Below are positions 1-11,458 of a stretch of DNA of 64,000 nt, piece by piece. How positions within the stretch are numbered: the stretch's first letter is position 1; each line of letters opens with the position of its first letter. The DNA comes from Harriotta raleighana. Taxonomy: Eukaryota. The translations under genes and the position numbers were made by a program. The DNA is taken from NCBI GenBank assembly GCA_050575255.1, contig JBNZDD010013718.1, forward strand, positions 3,724,540 through 3,788,539, given 5' to 3'. The notes under the pieces are model-generated. The model did no database searches, had not been told where the DNA came from, and saw only the letters and a list, made by a program, of their open reading frames with translations.

Positions 1-939
1 TCCATCAACTCCCACATCCCGCATTCCTCGCACATCACCTGCCAGGCCATTATCTCTACTTGTTTCCCTGGGATATAAAATCTGTACCTACTCCCCCTCT
101 GCACCTAATTCCCACTCTCACCAAATTCTCTCTCACTCTGTCCTAATAATCCCCTAGTTTCAATGCTGGTATCGCACAAACATTCCTTCATAAATATTGA
201 CGTTAGGGCAATGATGTTTGTTTAATTCATTACAAGCACCAGGAATATAATAGAATGATCATTCGGACTCGATTTTAAAAACATACTGGACCATATTCAA
301 TCCTTCACAGTGCTCCTATCAACAGTTTCCCTTTGATTTTTGCCATTATCTCTACCCCAGATTTTCTTTTCTAAAATATTCTGTCTTTCAGAATGATTCT
401 CCGTCTCCCTCTCTCCTGAAGTACTGTACTCTTCACTGTTTCTGATCACAGTGCCTCTGGCTCCCAGCAGTGCTTTCAATACCCTTGATTTAAATGGCAG
501 TCTGAGCATTTGAACAGTGCTACCTCACTCGCATCTGTCAAGTTATGTTGGTTCCTTTTGAAATTCTGAGCAGCTCTGCCACCTGCACAGGTCCATGTAC
601 ACCACATCACTGTACTAAGAAGTGGAGGCCCAGTGAGATATTCAGAGGAAAGCACAGAGCCCCATGTGTGTGGTCCATCTCACCCATCCAATGCTTATAT
701 GTTCATTATGTGCACCAGTACAGGCTCTTGGATTGGTGGAGGAGGAAACTCATAGCAGTAAGTAGCTAGGACAATTTCAATTCATGTTGCAACACACGCT
801 GGGTTTAAGGTTCTGTGGGCACTTAAACTACAATTAACACAGCAATACTCCAGTGCTCGGTCACCTACTTGGTGGGTTAAGAGTTCGATTTGGCTGCACT
901 GTGCATGGATTTTCATTCTGAATTGTACACCACTGCAGG

Positions 940-1098
940 CATAAATGTCACGTGAAAATTGCCGGGACTTCTCAAAGCACTTCATGGGGTTTACTGTAAA
1001 GTGTAGTGATTGTATTTGTAGGTAAATATGGCATCCAATTTGTGCACATAAGTATTCCTCCCACAGACAGCCATGAAGTGAATGTCTAATCATTTTTT
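940..1098 (-). mobile_element. SINE 3' half (DeuSINE/L2-type tail), diverged
   Basis: ctcaaagcacttca..tactgtaaagtg..ccaatttgtgcaca..cccacagacagcc matches the reverse complement of the tail of the copies at 6988-7195 and 59972-60179. Confidence 0.7.
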
Positions 1099-3309
1099 CT
1101 AGACATTTTTAATTATTATTGATACTAGAATCAGTGTCACAACCAAATGTAGCACAGAAAAATCAAAATATTTCAGTAACACATCAAAGTGTTTCTATAA
1201 AAGCTTTGATTTTAAAGCCTGGGATCAAAAATAATTACTTTAATATGCATCATCCATTCTTAAGTCCTCTGCCACCTTATAGATGTGTTTGGCATTCACT
1301 CTGCAGTGCTATAATCTATGAAAAGAATTAGAAATTGCAGTATATACACAGATGTAAGTACCTTTAAACACCATTATAAAGTTATTATATATCATTAATC
1401 CGCTCAAGGGAGGAAAACCATTTAAATATTTATATTAAGTACTATACCATTTAAACTGTTGGTTCTTAACAAGTTGACCTTCCTGTAGATTGATTCAGTT
1501 GACAGTTAGTAATCAGTGCTATTGGTTTCATAGGTTATTTCCAGCCAATTGGTGAACATTTTCAAAGCTATAATTATACTGTTTATTACTGTATATACAC
1601 AATTCTCACTTAGTTGGTTAGAAATCAACCTGGTTTAGAATATGTTTCGTCAGGAGAGCTCTGCCAGGATTTATACAGTAGTGATGTATCTTTACAGTAT
1701 CTGTATATAATAAAAATTTGGCTGCTGGGTCTTACAAATGAATACAGTAAAACCCAGATAGTTCAAATGACCTATTTGTTCAATTAACCTTGGAGTTTGT
1801 ATCTTTTTCCTACAGACATTTCTATACACACATTAAACTGTCAATTTATTGCACAACTATTAATTCACTAATACATTGTACAAGGAAATACATTTACCCA
1901 CAAGGTTAATTCTCCTTGTCAGTGCTTTTGTGGAGAAGGTTTGTTATTCTCGCCTTAAAAGAGGAATATTGTTATAAGCTTAAATTGTTTAAAGTCAGTA
2001 AACCTACCACTCCATTCATTGCAAATCATTTACTTTAAAATCCATTTCTCACAAGTTTTTTTAGTGCTGAAAAAATATGGCTTTCGGAAACTTTTCTCAA
2101 GAAAGCTCACTTGCATAAACAAATCTGCATTGTATGCAAAAATTGTAGAAAGCCACTTTGCTATGTATCCTGGAAAGGATAGAACCCTTGGAGGGATCTA
2201 TCATACACTAATCACTACAAATAGCAATATACTGTATTGCTATATTTTATAGTCAGAAATCACTTTTAGTTAAAAAAAAGTCAGTTTTATTGATTATTCA
2301 ATGGGTCATACTAACATTTTTCAGCACAGTAAAGATTTGTATTTTTTTTCTTAAATTACTTGAGTTAACTCATGAAATTATGATATGTAATTCAAGACCA
2401 AATCGTTTAAGCGATTTAACAAACCAGCTTTGAACAGAAGAATTCTGTATCCCGACTTACTAGAGATTAAATGTCGCTGATGCAATTTTCTTTAACCATC
2501 TACAAAAAGAGTTATTCTCAAAGTCAATCACTAGTGTTTATGTGAGGTGAACAAATTATCATGCTGCATACACATAGGATGTACAGTCTTTGCTTTACAT
2601 TGTTTAGTCTTTTGAGGTTTGCTAATGCAAGTCTCTGTGTGTTAATGCCAAAGGGAACCTCAAAATGACTTGTTTCTGCACTTTGCTCACACATCCATGG
2701 TCACAGGTTCAAATCTCAGTGGGCACGAGTTGGGTTGACAGCAGTCATGCATGATGTGTTTGTTGGTTCACAGCCAGGTGCTTGGCGGGAGCTCTTGCTT
2801 GTGTTAAACTGACATCTGTGGCCTGGATGCGGTCGTCTTAAGAAACTACTGATGACAGTTGGCTGTGAGTGGCTCTGGTTAGCCGCACAAGAGGCACACC
2901 ATTAACATGGCTTCTTTCACATTTCCTCGTAAGACTACTGTCATTTACATAGATTGCTGAACGTGCATAAAATTGTAGAACAAACTGAATCAAAAGATTC
3001 TGGAATTATTTAGCCTTTGCATATAAGATTAAATCTGTTTACAAAGAAAGATTATGCCATTTTTGGCATCACCTTTATTTAATGTACATAAGGAAAATGT
3101 TCTCTTTTGTGGTGTGCACATTACATAAACTGTACTCATCAATTGAGTTTTCTTTATTTAATGTCCAAAGTGCATAGGTCGATTCATCAGAATGCTTTTA
3201 TTTGGTTATCTCATGAGGTTGGATAAGCTGTTCAATAAACGCCACAGTGGGGGTGATCAGCATAACCAAGCCAACAAATAGAAGTTAAGGATGTTTTGAC
3301 TATTCTATA

Positions 3310-4230
3310 CAGTTGGGGGTATTACTCCAAAGTCATCCTGGAGGCAAACAACAATCCAAAGACGATGTTTTCCATCCATCCATCCATCCATCACCTTCTG
3401 TGTGGGCCCTTCCAAGCTCCCCTTATACTCACATCAGACACCAAGTGCAAAGATGTCCTAGACATTTTTGTCTCAAAAATATAAAACATCAGCTCGGCCC
3501 CCCACCATGTTCCCTTCCACTCCATCCAGACCATCCACATTGTATTCTTCATCCACCACAGCTCCTGCTACTAACTCCGCCTTGCACTCCTTTGCCCCCA
3601 GTTATCTATCCTCCCTCTCAACCACAATTTCCCAGATGAAGTTCACTACCTGCTGTCTCGACCCCCTCCCTACCTAGCTGCTGGTCACTCCACTCCCCCT
3701 TCTCTCCCCTCTGCTAGCTGACTCAGTCAACCAGTCCTCACTGGTCTCCCCAGCTCCACCATTCAAAAGATACAGCTGATTCAGAACTCTGCAGCCTGCA
3801 AATTGACCCAGACCAAACTCTGTACCTACATCTCACTAGATCTGACCAGGCTTAATTGGATGCCCATCACTAAACAGATCAACTTCAAGATCCTTACACT
3901 CGTGTTCAATCAAATCCACTCACTCAATCTGGGCGCCTCCCTGCTTCTCTGACATTCTCACTTCCCAATCCACCATTGGGAAAGTAGGAAAAAATTGACC
4001 GCATATTTTTGACGAAATCTTTCAGCCACTGCACCCCTGGCACACTCTCCTTCATTCCTCCCCCTTGCCCCCCCTCTCCCCCTTTTTGTCTCACCTGAAA
4101 CCTTCCTCTTTGACCGTGCTTGTAACCACCTCTCCCACCCATGGTACAGAATCAGGCTTCGTTCCTGTGAAGTGGTCTGAGATGGCACACAGTGTAGAGA
4201 ATGCTATATAAGTGAAAGTTGTTGTTGTTG
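3310..4230 (+). mobile_element. L2 LINE ORF2 remnant with the RT core deleted, plus 3' UTR and (TTG)n tail
   Basis: Translates to YYSKVILEANNNPKTMFS, KFTTCCLDPLPT*LL, then GLPSSTIQKIQLIQNSAACKLTQTK..LNWMPITKQINFKILTLVF (canonical L2 ORF2 motifs). Ends gctatataagtgaaagttgttgttgttg. Confidence 0.85.
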
Positions 4231-4433
4231 GAGGTGGTGGAAACAAAACCATGGGTGATGTGTGAACGACTGCAATAGTTATCACTGTGGTCATCCTCAA
4301 AGATAGAGTTCTTCAAAACAATGNGAAAGTTGTTGTTGTTGGAGGTGGTGGAAACAAAACCATGGGTGATGTGTAAACGACTGCAATAGTTATCACTGTG
4401 GTCATCCTCAAAGATAGAGTTCTTCAAAACAAT
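4214..4433. repeat. 109-bp direct duplication flanking a single N (probable assembly artefact)
   Basis: 4214-4322 and 4325-4433 are identical except one base; N at 4324. Confidence 0.85.
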
Positions 4434-5530
4434 ACTCGAAAGTTCTATTGTAAGTGAAGCTGTCAAAAGGGATAATGATACGTGTTTGATTTCTGAAATA
4501 GTTCATCTTAAGCTGCACAACAAAAAAAGTATTCTAGATGTGCAATTTAAAAAAAAGACTCCTGTGGTGAAAAGGATCTTCGATGTAGACATTAGTTTAG
4601 AATAAAACGGTGAGGACGGCCTTACTTTGTGCTAGTGTGTTGCTGAAAGTTTGTTATTTTCATTTAGATCTGCAACCTGGTCAGCATTATCAGTGCATTA
4701 TCTCCAAGGAGCTGGGTTGGATCAATATTGTATGCTCTCAGCCCTATCAGGGCTCAGTGGGGGGGGAGGCAATCGCAGTGGTGTGGTTCTATGCACCTCC
4801 AGGAACAAATCAATAATCTGACAGAACCAAGCTTTGTTCTATCACAGACACAAGATGTTCACTGTTCTGTACATGATTGCTTACCAAGGTTTGTTTTCTC
4901 TTGTGTTATATGACAAATCTGTATTCACTTTTTTTTTCCTAATGGTATCAATATAATTGCCTTCACAATAAAGGCCACCACAAAGACGTTTTTTTTTCCT
5001 TTGGCACGATTTCTATTTTTTTTAATCTCTCCATCAGCGAGGCTGAGTTTATTTAAAAATAGAGCAAAACAAAATCGTTACTTGCTCATTCTCAAATATA
5101 TGTTTCATGCTGTTAATACTTTGATGTCTGGAACAGAAATGTGTGCCAATAATTCTAACTGCATTAATAAGAAAAATGTCGCAACTCTTAAGTGGAAATG
5201 GCATGACTTTATCTTTTCTTGTCTTCACACGAGTACTGCTCAGTTAATAGCGATGGAGTGCAGAAGTTTGTTGTTACTTTGAATTTGAAGTCACCCAGTT
5301 CAACTGCTGATAAGAGGAAATAACGAATAGCTTGACTTACCTATACTGACAGGACATTGCTAACAATACAACTTTTGTGAACCTTACTTCTTTTCCTATT
5401 TCGCTTTTATTTCTTTTAAGGAATTCCTGGAAGAGGGATGTTTCTTGCTTTACAATTCATAACTTTTTCAAAGCCATGATCTAGTTGCTCAGCACATCTA
5501 GCATCCATAGATTGTTTACAACAATCTTTA

Positions 5531-5841
5531 CAACAATCCTTGCATTTGATAGTGTTTTTTATGTCTTCCAAATGTCTCAAAGCAATTCACAGATTATACT
5601 GTAAAGCAAATTGGCTGTATATTTGTGGACACAACGCGGCAGCCAATTGCGTATAGCAGTATTCCACAAGCAGTCGTGGATTGAAATGACCAATTTTATT
5701 ATTACGTTTTTTTTGGAGGGATTATTATTAGACATGTGGAGAAAGGAAACTTGCCCAAGGTTTCGTCCTGACCTGCATGGATTTGAACACAGGTCTTGCA
5801 CTTGTAAAGCGATTGTTCTAACCACTGAGCTACAGGAATCC
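5531..5841 (-). mobile_element. Full-length tRNA-derived SINE (~310 bp; chimaera SINE2-like)
   Basis: Minus strand starts ggattcctg, then A box TAGCTCAGTGG (5822-5832) and B box GTTCAAATCC (5779-5788), then accttgggcaagt, then the shared tail ending caaatgcaaggattgttg. Confidence 0.9.
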
Positions 5842-5849
5842 GAATAGTG

Positions 5850-6105
5850 ATTCTTAAGCAGATGTCCCAAGACAGAGGAACAAGAATACAGAGAATTGCA
5901 AAAAGCAATTTTAGGACAGACACTAGGAAATATTCATTTACCCAGGGTGCAAGTCGTGACTGGATTAGATTACCAGGAAGAGTCGTTGATTCAGGACTTG
6001 GGATTCTTTAAAAAATAACAGATCTTAAATGGAAAGCTACCAGTGTGGGCATCCTGGAAGGATGAGATCAAATGAGCTGAAAAGCTTGCTTTATCCGTAG
6101 CTCTT
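5850..6105 (+). mobile_element. CR1 LINE 3' fragment, old
   Basis: RTDTRKYSFTQG..DWIRLPGRVVDS resembles the CR1 ORF2 C-terminus (R..FF..RVV..WN.LP..VV), followed by a UTR-like gatcaaatgagctgaaaagc. Confidence 0.65.
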
Positions 6106-6789
6106 TGGCAAACTTGCAACCAGGGTGTAAGTATTGGACTGAAAGTGAATGTTTCTCAATGCTATATGATGACTAAGGAGTTAAGAATGTAGTGGTGCAA
6201 TGTTGCCAGTATTCTTTGTGACTAAGTGTTGGAAATTAAAACTAAAGTTCAACTTTCAGACAGTGATGCACTGAGTAGAAGTCAAAATGTTGCACTTCAC
6301 ACAGTTTGGTCATTATTAATACTCCACAGAGGTTTGAAGACTGACTCATCACAGCACATTTCGTTCATGCCTTTCCTTTCTCTGTTAAGATAAAAAGGAG
6401 AGCTAAAATATTATTGACTATATTGTTATGCGTACATCTTCACTACTTGAATAACCTGCCTCTAATTTTCTTGGTAATACAATCATTTATTCCTTTTGAT
6501 TTCAAACTTTCTTGTCAAACTGTTTTGTTCTTTTAAGTGAACTACAAAGGCACATTGTGCACACGTGTGTGTGGGAGCACATTCAGCACCAATTGTAATT
6601 AAACAGAACACTTCAATCGTGATCATCACAGTCAAATAGGTTGCGTTCCTTACAGTTTACTTTTTAGATTGAGCATCCAAAATGTATCATGTCTGCATGA
6701 TATACAACTGACTCCATCCCATGCTAGAAATAGAGATGGATTTATTAGCTGTCCTTTAGAGCAGATTCCAACCTTCATGGAATTGAAAG

Positions 6790-6880
6790 GATTAGATGAT
6801 GTACAGATCACCCATGATCTATTTAAATGGCAGAACAGGCTCGAAGGGCTGAATGACCTACTCCTGTTTGTATGTTCCTA
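6790..6880 (+). mobile_element. CR1 (shark HER1-type) 3' UTR fragment
   Basis: gatcacccatgatctatttaaatggcagaacaggctcgaagggctgaatgacctactcctg; reverse-complement homologue at 57050-57170. Confidence 0.75.
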
Positions 6881-6987
6881 CCCTCAAGACATATGATTCA
6901 TTTTCCTTTCTATTGGTGTTATAGGATGCAGCATGCAGCCACCATCCAAAATGAAAATGGCAACATTTATTTCAAGCCTTTCACTAA

Positions 6988-7195
6988 AATAATAATCCCT
7001 CAAAAAAAAACAATAATAAAATTGGTCATTTCAATCCACGACTGTTTGTGGGACACTGCTGTGCGCAATTGGCTGCCACATTCCTCCTACAAATATACAG
7101 TCAATTCACTTTACAGTATATTCTGTGAAGCGCTTTGGGACGTTGATAAGATGTGAAAAGCGCTATATCAAATGCAAGGATTATTATTATTATTA
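6988..7195 (+). mobile_element. tRNA-SINE 3' half with (ATT)n tail
   Basis: ttggtcatttcaatccacgactgtttgtgggacactgctgtgcgcaattggctgcc...gcgctatatcaaatgcaaggattattattatt; same family as 5531-5841. Confidence 0.9.
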
Positions 7196-8449
7196 AAAAG
7201 CAAAATTGGAGCACTCTACCGAATATCCACCCCTCCACCCACCTTCTGGGTAAAGCTCTGAATTGATTAATTGGATGCAATGCGATCCAAACATTTTTGA
7301 AAGAGAAAAACATTTGTTGAAGTAGGTCCTCCCGACATGAAGGGCGCTATACAAATGTAATTTGGTCTTGTGTTGCAAATAACTGAAATCTGCCATCAGT
7401 CTTCTGTCTCACTCTTCCCTCTATAAGAAATCTCAGACTGATTCAAATCATTAAGAATGGCTGGTGTGTGATAGAGGTGATTGCCTGAAGCCCCAACTAA
7501 TAACTGCACTTTACAATTCAGAAATACCTGCTGAGAGGAGATGTAATCTGGCAGATTCTTCTACTCCTATCATATTATGGAAAACCTTCTCAATGCTGAA
7601 GTTGCACTTCAGATGCCTTGATTATCCATTGCTACTCTACACTGTATCCCTGAAAAGGTCTGCAGATCTTGATGGCATGCTGTGTTTCCACACAGCATTT
7701 ACAGGCATTCCAGAGGATGCAGATGAGCTATGTGGGCTTTCTGTGACAGGCATGTCAATGATGGGTACTAGTGGGAGCATCAGAGCAATCTCAATAAACA
7801 GGACCTCACAACAGAGTAAATAGGCATCAGAAGCGCATCCTTGTTTCTTGAATTGTTCAATTTATTTATGATTGCTGTTAAAACTTTCACTTTAGCAGTA
7901 TTTTGCAACAAAGTATTTCCACCGCAGTATTTGCTTGCAATGTGAGTCAGCACACAGCAGAGATTCTTCACCTGTTTTTCATTTGTATTCTCTTATTACT
8001 TCCGTCTTTATAAAATTCTGCTCTGAATACATTATTGTGTGTGCAAATATTGATCCTTCACCATCATTAGTTTTGCTTAGTAAGGTTAATTGAAAACCAG
8101 GGCAACCAGATAGGCAGCTATAAGAAAGCTTTTAATTTGGTGTAACAAAAACACCTAATCATTTTAACTAGCTCTTCCTTTTAAGGTCAAGTACCTGGGC
8201 ACTTTTATAAAACCTTATGTTGATAAGAATCTCTTAATCACAGTTTGCTTCTTTTAACTGGTTGATGACCTCCAGCATCCCCATCCTTTTTAAACCCAGA
8301 TCTCTTCAGAACATCCCAAAGATTACTTGGGAAATCATAAGGCAGGAGTACATGAAATCTATGAAAGGGTTTTTAGCAACATGTTAACACTTGTAGGATA
8401 CACAGACTCAATTATTCAATGTTATTCATCTCAGGCTATTGGCACAGTG

Positions 8450-8570
8450 ATAACAACAACAATAAGAAGAATCCTTGCATTTGATAAAGCGCTTTTCAGG
8501 TCTTCTAGACGTCTCAAAACACTTTCACAGAATATATTGTAAAGTTAATTGATTGTATATTTCTGGCAAA
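8450..8570 (-). mobile_element. SINE tail fragment
   Basis: aatccttgcatttgataaagcgcttttca..gacgtctcaaaacactttcacagaatatattgtaaag. Confidence 0.8.
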
Positions 8571-8628
8571 TCACTTTTGAATCTTCCTTGATCACATGGT
8601 TTCATCACAATCTACAATATTCTAGATA

Positions 8629-9042
8629 CAGTAAAATTCCTTTAATCCGGCACCTGTTAATCCGGAATGCTTTATAGTCCAGCATCTGCGATGGTCCGTC
8701 TTTTTCCAATATGTGTGCATCTCTATGCACATCTGTTCCCAGAGAGCCTTCACACTATTCGACGCATTTTCTTCGGGGGCCTGTCACTGACGTCACGTTT
8801 AATAAGCGCGCGCAATTTTTTTAAAAATTCATTTTCGGTGGGTGCGATGCCTCTTTAGGCGGCCCGCTTGCTCTGCCGGGATGGGGAGAGCTCTGGTTTT
8901 CGCTAGACAGGTATGTAACATAGAAAAGAGCATAGCTCATTTGAATCCTCCCAACTATAAGAGTAACGTCCAATAATCCATCATATTTGCTAATCCGGCA
9001 CTGTCTAGGTCCCGAACGTGGTGGATTATCTGAATTTTACTG
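8629..9042. mobile_element. Non-autonomous Tc1/mariner (Tigger/pogo-like) MITE, 414 bp
   Basis: TA|CAGTAAAATTCctttaatccggcac ... gtggtggattatctGAATTTTACTG|TA: ~25-bp imperfect TIRs, TA target duplication, CpG-rich interior. Confidence 0.85.
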
Positions 9043-10829
9043 TACTTTTGGAATCCTAGCATTTGACATTTCAGGCATGTATAGATCAAAGACATTATAA
9101 GTGGAATTCTTGCAAATATAGGTAACCTTTTTGCCATATAGATGCCATAATAGAAAGAGCAAACTTTAAAGTGTAGAAGAAAGCATCTAAGTAGACAAAT
9201 CATCAAACCATTGTTTCTCATCACATAACACACCAAGTTATTGGAATGCATCTTGTGAATGCTGGATAAATGTTGCTAATTGAGAGACCAAATATTGCAG
9301 TTCTCTCAGAAAACATTGAGCAAATTAGACTATTTGATAATGTTCTTTCTTCTATTCTCTACTTCTAGAATAAAATATGAAGTGATTTCCAAAGCAGATT
9401 GGTAAAGGCATGTATGTAACTGCTGCTTACAAATGTAGCTTTGCCAAAATTATGAACACTGTAAAGATAATGATTGGACTGAATATATCCAAGTTTTATT
9501 TCAGTGATGAACTGAGTGACGTTCCTTCATCTTGCTCAGACCACTCTGTATTTCTCCATGGAATAGAGTCAGTGTTTGCTACTTACAGTTAAATTGCTGC
9601 ATTTTCTTTGCTCCTGTTCTAAGCAGGAATCCCAAGGTTTGCCTGTTCAAGATCCTCAATGGCAATCGTTTGTGATGACATAGATGTACTAAAATGTAAA
9701 GCTTACTTTCAGAGTGGGAACAAGTGGGTTGACTTCCTCTTGAACAAAATAAGAATCCAGTAGATCCTGGGTAAGAAATTGAACAATATCCCTGGTGATG
9801 GAGACATGTACAAATTAAGGTTGTTCAAGCCTATCATCTAGTTAACAAATAAGTGAAATAAAAAACATAACTTGCATAAGACAAATAACGATATTCAACA
9901 TTACCAGAGAATATCTTAGAAATACTCAATTATTATTCTCCGGGAAAAAAAGAAGCATTTTTAAGGAACACATATTTAGCTATAATTTCTGCTGTTTTTA
10001 ACTATCCAATCTAGCTTCTACCAATTCAATGACCTCCTCGGTGAACAATTTGGTTATCTTATCTTCATCTATCTATTGTCCCCTCTCAGTGGCCCTTGTG
10101 GCTCTTTTGTCAGCACTAGTAACTACTATGTCTGTCTGCGCACATTACTAACTCTCCTCTGACACTTGTTCCCCCACCCTTTTGACCCGAGAGATTACAT
10201 TTAATTTGTTATCAATCTCTTCCAGGCTTGTTTCTCCTCAGCTGGTGCAAGAGCTCTGTTGGTGGCAGCAACTTGTTTTTCTGCAGTACTCGCAGAATCA
10301 AGAGGTCAATTTCTGCCTTGTGGAACTGAGCTTTCCATTGCCTCGTAGTCATTTCTTCTGATACTTCACAATTCTAGAATACGTTTGGTGGTTTATTTTG
10401 CATAATGCACAAGCAAGTATAATGAGTCATGCACATCAGTCTACAAGGCTCCTTCAATATTTAGCTGAGCTTTGAAGCTGGTATTGATTGACTTTTGCAA
10501 ATTTACTTTCACAGATGTTTTCAAGGGAACATATTGCATTGCAAGAGCTCAAAGCAGTTGGCCTTGCAAATTTCGAGTTTTATTAATCTCTACTTTATTT
10601 TTAAATAAATGGGACGGGAAAATGTTTTGCCATCATTCTCTGCTGGGTTATTCTTTTAATTAAAGAGGAAAAAAAGTTTTAGAAAGGCATACATAGGAGT
10701 ATCATTTTTAGTTTGATTCTTGATTTTCAGATGGGTTTGAGACGATCCGTGATTCATTGTAACTCATGGAAATTTTGTGTTAATTGCGAAGAAAGTTTTT
10801 TTTATGTGTGTGCGCGCTAATGGAATCTG

Positions 10830-10950
10830 AAGGCAAAGTATTACAATGCTGGAAATCTGGTATAAACACAAAAGTCACTGGGAACACACAGTAGGTCAGG
10901 CAGCATCTATGGAGAGAGGAAAATTAGTTTTGACGAAAGGTCATGACTGT
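10830..10950. mobile_element. Penelope-like element terminal fragment
   Basis: caaagtattacaatgctggaaatctgg..cagtaggtcaggcagcatctatggagagag..tgacgaaaggtcatgac resembles the common chondrichthyan Penelope terminus (recalled consensus). Confidence 0.65.
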
Positions 10951-10993
10951 GAATGGAGACTAAAGGAACTGGACGTTTCTTTTACACACACAC

Positions 10994-11350
10994 ACTGGAC
11001 CAAAGAAGGTTGAGGGAGAACCTCATACAAAATTATGAAGAGTTTAAAGAGTCAGTCAGGGAAAAATTATCACCATTGGTCGGTAAGTCAGCAACTTGAG
11101 GGCATCAATTTATAATAGTTAGTAAACAAACAAATGGGAAGTTAGGGAAAATTCCTTACAGCACAAAATAGTTAGGATATGGAATGTCCTGCCAGATGTG
11201 GCAGTTGAGGCAAAATCAAGAAGGAACTAAAGAAATAACTTAAAAAGTGTCAACTACATGGGTATGGGGAAAGGGCAGGTAATTAGGGACTCTCTTGAGC
11301 TGGTGCAGACAATGGGCTGAAAGCCTTCTTATATGCATCAAATGCTCTAT
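10994..11350 (+). mobile_element. CR1 LINE 3' fragment
   Basis: ctggaccaaagaaggttgaggg (LDQRRLR), gttaggatatggaatgtcctgccag (VRIWNVLP), gggtatggggaaagggcagg (GYGERAG); collinear with the CR1 at 35994-37013. Confidence 0.85.
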
Positions 11351-11354
11351 TTTC

Positions 11355-11458
11355 ATCACAAAATACAGTCAATCCACTTTACAATGAATATGTGTGAAGT
11401 GCTCTGAGATGCCTCAATGATGTGATAAAGTTCTAAATCAAATGAAGGATTATTATCC
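11355..11458 (+). mobile_element. SINE tail fragment
   Basis: caaaatacagtcaatccactttac..gtgaagtgctctgagatg..atcaaatgaaggattattat. Confidence 0.75.

Noticed and set aside
4152-4466. ORF with an internal repeated peptide / apparent tandem repeat
   Set aside because: Produced by the 109-bp duplication around the N at 4324; most likely an assembly overlap.
5770-5841. tRNA-like sequence with A and B boxes
   Set aside because: It is the head of a multi-copy SINE; no clean cloverleaf and it continues into SINE body.
7464-7823. 119-aa ORF
   Set aside because: No recognisable domain or clear splice framework; consistent with chance.
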